A stretch of DNA of 64,000 bases from a virus. Of the stretch, positions 60,441 through 64,000 are shown one piece after another. The first letter of the stretch is position 1. Each line of letters starts with the position of its first letter. Where the stretch lies: positions 1-64,000 of the IMG/VR virus record IMGVR_UViG_3300020122_000058, one strand, 5' to 3'. The position numbers and the translations under genes are program-made. The notes beneath the pieces are model-generated. The model did no database searches. It saw nothing but the letters and a program-made list of their open reading frames with translations, and had not been told where the DNA came from.

Positions 60441-61295
60441 TTAGAACGGAGCCTTGCCGTCGCCCTCAGGGTCGGCGTCGGTGTCCACTTCACCGTCCAC
60501 GTGTTCACGCTGTTCGCTGGCTGCCTTGGCTTCGCCGCTGGCAACCATGTCACGCAAACGCCGTCCGGCATCCAGCAGATCGCTTTCCGTCCGCGGATCG
60601 ATCAGCGAGGACAGCATGTCCTTGCCGAACGGTGCGAAGACGAAGTTCGCGAACTTGCCCTTCTTGTTGCTGTCGGGGAACGACTGCAACAAGATGCGGT
60701 GTGCAAACAGAGGGGGACGCCCCTTCAGCATGTACATCGCGGTGAACCAGTTCTTGAACGGCTTGATCTTGGTGCCGGTGCAAGAAATAACGGCGAAGCC
60801 GTTCGGCATCTTGCCTTCTTCATCCAGGGTGTTGCCGTAGATGTAGTGCGTCTGAACGAGCTCGTTGCCGTTCTTCAGCTTCAGCTTGCCGAACTTCTTT
60901 TCGGCCGCTGCGATTGCATCCACCACCACCTTGGCGTCAGGCATGTGTCGGTCGACGATGCCGCCACCGTTGTCGCGCGGTGTCCATTCCACGTATGCGT
61001 CCTGACGGAAGCACGGTTGGAACGGCACGCCCGCCTTGACATTCTTGCGATCGTAGTTGGCGTCGTACAACACGCCGGTGACAGAGTTGAGCAACATGCC
61101 CGTCTTGCTGCCTTCCGGCTGGTGGTTCTCCACCTGCGGTGAATTGGCCTGGAGAAGCATCAGGAACGGGATCGTAAGATCCTTCGCCTTCGTGCCCTCA
61201 AAGCCTCCGCCTGCGTCGGCACCGTAGTCATGGACTGCGGTGCTGACGCCCGTTTCCTTCTTCACAACTTCCTTGTTCTCTTTGACCATTCTCAT
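60441..61295 (-). CDS. putative ssDNA-binding protein (acidic C-terminal tail)
   Basis: 284 aa (282 aa if it starts at the second ATG, 61289, which has better RBS spacing). It sits in the replication module. The acidic tail VDGEVDTDADPEGDGKAPF ends in Pro-Phe, as SSB tails do. The function is inferred only. Confidence 0.35.
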   Translation of the reverse strand: MRMVKENKEVVKKETGVSTAVHDYGADAGGGFEGTKAKDLTIPFLMLLQANSPQVENHQPEGSKTGMLLNSVTGVLYDANYDRKNVKAGVPFQPCFRQDAYVEWTPRDNGGGIVDRHMPDAKVVVDAIAAAEKKFGKLKLKNGNELVQTHYIYGNTLDEEGKMPNGFAVISCTGTKIKPFKNWFTAMYMLKGRPPLFAHRILLQSFPDSNKKGKFANFVFAPFGKDMLSSLIDPRTESDLLDAGRRLRDMVASGEAKAASEQREHVDGEVDTDADPEGDGKAPF

Positions 61296-61361
61296 TCTCC
61301 GTTAATGGCTGTACCGCTTTTATTTAAGCCACGTCGCGCGGTGGTGCCAAGAGTACGACGT

Positions 61362-61389
61362 ATTACTGAATGACGTGTCATTCAGTAAT
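61362..61389. promoter_or_regulatory. 28-bp palindrome (13-bp perfect arms)
   Basis: attactgaatgac-gt-gtcattcagtaat spans the stop codon of the 61378-61704 gene, upstream of the SSB-like gene. Confidence 0.45.
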
Positions 61390-61704
61390 CTTCATAACCG
61401 CTGCGGCATAGCGCAAATGTGCAGCGGTAAGTTTGTCTTTGGATTCTAGTCCCTCCAGTCTTATGCTGGAACGTATGGCATCTTGCGCAGAAATAATCCC
61501 CACGCGCTCTGCATCGGGTAGATCCACAAATCCCCCATGACGTTCTATCAACTTGGCGATAGGGGCTAGCGCTTTTTCTAATTCAGCTATGCGGTCTGCC
61601 GCCTGTTTCATGGTGATGAACGCCTGAGAGTGCTGTGTGATGCCTAGATTGGCAAAGCCAGCGAGTCTCTTCAAATCAGCTTTCAGGTTAGGAACAACTG
61701 CCAT
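61378..61704 (-). CDS. hypothetical protein (108 aa), A/T-richer cassette
   Basis: ORF track. Its composition is visibly lower in G+C than the flanks. Confidence 0.55.
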   Translation of the reverse strand: MAVVPNLKADLKRLAGFANLGITQHSQAFITMKQAADRIAELEKALAPIAKLIERHGGFVDLPDAERVGIISAQDAIRSSIRLEGLESKDKLTAAHLRYAAAVMKITE

Positions 61705-61706
61705 GG

Positions 61707-62159
61707 CTATTCCTCACTTCCAAATTTCAATGCCTTCACCATCATCACATCTCCCTGCTCAGAAGGTAGTCTGGCAATTTCTTTGAAGCCCCAATTCTTG
61801 GAATAGAAATCAGGTTTTCCAGTCATCAGAATTGCAGTATCGCAGATGGCTCTCATTTCCATAAGACACGCATTCACGATAGTTTTGCCGAAACCTCTCC
61901 TTTGCAAAAGCGGATGAACGTTTATCCAGGTCAACGCCCAGACATTCCAATCCATCCAGCTAGGCGCATATGCACCCAAGGCTTGAATTTCTCCGTCAAG
62001 CTCTAGCACCAAGAAATGCGGACGCCACGGCAAGTCAGAAAGCCCCATGTCCATTTCTATGAGACAATTCATTGCCACCATCTTGGTGTAATTAGCAGAG
62101 ACGATAGTCGCGCACTGCGCGATATCCTTACGTTCGAGCGGTCTGATCATTCTCCGCAC
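61707..62159 (-). CDS. GNAT family N-acetyltransferase
   Basis: 150 aa. Motif A is VHPLLQRRGFGKTIV. A later segment reads FYSKNWGFKE. It belongs to the A/T-richer cassette. Confidence 0.7.
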   Translation of the reverse strand: MRRMIRPLERKDIAQCATIVSANYTKMVAMNCLIEMDMGLSDLPWRPHFLVLELDGEIQALGAYAPSWMDWNVWALTWINVHPLLQRRGFGKTIVNACLMEMRAICDTAILMTGKPDFYSKNWGFKEIARLPSEQGDVMMVKALKFGSEE

Positions 62160-62680
62160 CCCAACCGTGCACCGCCCGTGCGCCCTTGGGCATCAGTCAT
62201 GGCGTAGAATTCCTTGAAGGACTTCCAGCCCTTTGGGCAGTGGAAGCCCCATTCACGCACACGCGGCCCAGTAACGAACAACGTCCAGCATCTTTCTGGA
62301 TCCCACACATTGTTGAGATCCATTTCATTGGCAAACAACTCCACCCGGTGGACAGCCCAAGGGCCGCGCACGATGAGGCCGGACCATTTACCTGCTTCAT
62401 GAACGGTGCGGCGCATCACACCGCCGTATCTGATGGTCTGCTCCTTGTACTTGCCGCACAGCAGAATGCTGAAGTTGAACAGCCATGGATGGTCGTGCAG
62501 CGCATCGTCTTCATCACTGCGCAGAAATTGGTGCAGATAGATGCTGAAGAATGGATTGCGTGGCACTACATACCAGCGGCGCAGGTATGGATTGTCCGGC
62601 TCGCCGTTGGTAATGACGAAATCAGGGCCACGCTTGGCGACGATGCTGGTCATCAGTTTCTGGTATAGCCATTTGATCAT
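62147..62680 (-). CDS. cupin-like hypothetical protein
   Basis: 177 aa from ATG 62680. YLRRWYVVPRNPFFSIYLHQFLRSDEDDALHDHPW is a recurring phage motif with a His cluster. Confidence 0.45.
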   Translation of the reverse strand: MIKWLYQKLMTSIVAKRGPDFVITNGEPDNPYLRRWYVVPRNPFFSIYLHQFLRSDEDDALHDHPWLFNFSILLCGKYKEQTIRYGGVMRRTVHEAGKWSGLIVRGPWAVHRVELFANEMDLNNVWDPERCWTLFVTGPRVREWGFHCPKGWKSFKEFYAMTDAQGRTGGARLGCGE

Positions 62681-63138
62681 TGTGCTACTCCTGTTCCTTT
62701 GCATGCTGCGCAGCGCAGCGTATCCACCATTCCTGTGCCTCCGCAGCCGGGGCATTCCACCACCATCACATCAGCAATGCCGATATCTGACTTGGCTTTG
62801 TGCCGCCTGCGCCACTCCTCAAGCGGAATGCGGCGCACGCGCGCAAATTCCGTCTCAGCAAGAGTATCCAGAGTGAAGTACGCGATCTCGTTCGCTGCCA
62901 GAGCCGCGTGCAATAGCTCCAGGGTTGCCGCGCACTGCGCCAACTCCTTCATGAGTGCACCGGCAGGGCGGCTGTACACACGTGCAGCCAGCCGCCCGAT
63001 CTCGTCTGCTGTGATGCCCTGCACCTGCCCCAGTTCAATGGCTTCCTCCACGAAGCGCAGAGCGCGCTCCTTGGGGTCCAATGCCAGCGGGCCGAAGGTG
63101 CTTACACACCACGCCAGGAATTCAGTTGCGCGTGTCAT
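62677..63138 (-). CDS. MazG-like (DUF550-type) NTP pyrophosphohydrolase fused to DnaJ-type zinc finger
   Basis: 153 aa. It has an N-terminal ERALRFVEEAIELGQ helix motif and two C-terminal CxxCxGxG motifs (CPGCGGTG and CAACKGTG). Confidence 0.55.
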   Translation of the reverse strand: MTRATEFLAWCVSTFGPLALDPKERALRFVEEAIELGQVQGITADEIGRLAARVYSRPAGALMKELAQCAATLELLHAALAANEIAYFTLDTLAETEFARVRRIPLEEWRRRHKAKSDIGIADVMVVECPGCGGTGMVDTLRCAACKGTGVAQ

Positions 63139-63322
63139 CTTTCTTTTCCTCCAAAATGGCCATCGTCAGCAGCACGAATGCCGCCACAAACCACACCAAG
63201 ATGATGAGATCGTCGTTACCGCTGCGTCTGAACGGCTTGCTGCTGCTTAACGCGAGCATGTGCCACATCAACACGCAGCCCAGCAGGTACAGGGCACCTG
63301 CAACTATCCAGCCGAACATCAT
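63122..63322 (-). CDS. small membrane protein (66 aa)
   Basis: ATG 63322 overlaps the stop of the upstream 52-aa ORF (ATGA). It has two hydrophobic helices. The track offers a longer 63370 start. Confidence 0.45.
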   Translation of the reverse strand: MMFGWIVAGALYLLGCVLMWHMLALSSSKPFRRSGNDDLIILVWFVAAFVLLTMAILEEKKDDTRN

Positions 63323-63477
63323 GACGCGTACCACCATGAAGCTGAGACGCCCACGAAAACATACCAGCATTCATCAGCAGCTTTAGCCCAGCGTCTCTTA
63401 CCCGTGAGAAGTTCATAGGAGAAAATACCTAGAAGCATACCAAGGAACACTAGAGCGTGTTTGGCTATGCTGGACAT
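63319..63477 (-). CDS. small membrane protein (52 aa)
   Basis: Hand-translated as MSSIAKHALVFLGMLLGIFSYELLTGKRRWAKAADECWYVFVGVSASWWYAS. It is below the track cut-off. Confidence 0.4.
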   Translation of the reverse strand: MSSIAKHALVFLGMLLGIFSYELLTGKRRWAKAADECWYVFVGVSASWWYAS

Positions 63478-64000
63478 TTCTTGCCCTCCTTCTTCTCAGG
63501 AATGCTCACCTCTGCCACCTTGCGGCGATGCACGCCGAACACTTCCAGCGGCAGGTTCAGCTTGCCCTCTTCCAGAATGTCCGTCACGGTCTTCTTCAGT
63601 GTGCCGGGGTGGATATTGCGGCTGACTTCGCTGTTCAACGGCTTCTTGCGCTTGAGCAGGTCACGCTGGAATTTCTTGGCCCATGCCTCATCGCCCTTAC
63701 CGAACTTGATCACGAATTGGCGCTTGATGATGTCGCCTAGCTTGTTCTTCTCCAGCCACGCGAACGCCTTGGGCTTGTTCTCCTCCTTGATGCTGGTGAA
63801 CACTTGCTCCTTCACCTCTATCATAAGGCCATCCGCTGTTGTGATCTTCAGCGAGTCGGCCTTCTCCATCAGATCAGGGATGATCTTCTCTTCCATCAGA
63901 GTGAGCCGATCAGTGGCCGCTTTCAATTCATCTTCCAGCTTGGCCACCACGGCACGCTGAGTGATGAGTTTCTGTGCGGCCTCACGTAATTGCCCAAGGA
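63465..64000 (-). CDS. coiled-coil protein, N-terminally truncated by window end
   Basis: The reading frame stays open upstream of the GTG at 63950 to nt 64000 (…LGQLREAAQKLITQRAV-VAKLEDELKAA…). No family assigned. Confidence 0.55.
   Translation of the reverse strand, partial: LGQLREAAQKLITQRAVVAKLEDELKAATDRLTLMEEKIIPDLMEKADSLKITTADGLMIEVKEQVFTSIKEENKPKAFAWLEKNKLGDIIKRQFVIKFGKGDEAWAKKFQRDLLKRKKPLNSEVSRNIHPGTLKKTVTDILEEGKLNLPLEVFGVHRRKVAEVSIPEKKEGKKCPA

Noticed and set aside
1-64000. Prophage boundaries, integrase, repressor or att sites.
   Set aside because: None is visible in the window, so lifestyle (temperate or virulent) and integration state cannot be called from this sequence.

Overview
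The window reads as most of a tailed dsDNA phage genome with a contractile tail, or a prophage. No integrase, repressor or att site is visible. All calls come from reading the ORF translations and the DNA by eye. No searches were run, so family names are motif recollections, not hits.

Layout:
- 1-2293 (+): tightly packed small accessory genes, including a YkgJ-like Cys-cluster protein, a DUF2493/SLOG-like protein and a lipoprotein.
- 2347-2808 (-): a lone minus-strand gene behind a bidirectional terminator.
- About 2810-3316: a roughly 500-nt non-coding region with an A/T-rich core and 12-bp direct repeats.
- 3317-41138 (+): a long late operon. In order it holds small and large terminase, portal, a MuF-like head protein, nine small ORFs, a NUDIX-scaffold fusion, a cement-like protein, major capsid, connector genes, a neck fibre cluster, sheath, tube, a chaperone with a -1 frameshift, a tape measure with a lambda-R-like domain, baseplate genes, two tail fibres, a lysis cassette and two trailing moron-like genes.
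- 41284-64000 (-): a convergent replication and nucleotide-metabolism arm. It holds a MazG fusion, primase-helicase, nuclease, dCTP deaminase, family A DNA polymerase, HAD phosphatase, exonuclease, a thymidylate-synthase-fold enzyme, a GT-A glycosyltransferase, a possible thymine-hypermodification enzyme, class II RNR, HNH, an SF1 helicase, an SSB-like protein, a GNAT cassette and a second MazG-like protein.

Most interesting observations:
1. Seven fibre or fibre-adjacent proteins carry canonical Sec signal peptides inside the virion module.
2. A candidate DNA base-hypermodification island has no visible kinase.
3. An intact NUDIX enzyme is fused to the head scaffold protein.
4. A roughly 55-aa module is inserted into four different virion proteins.
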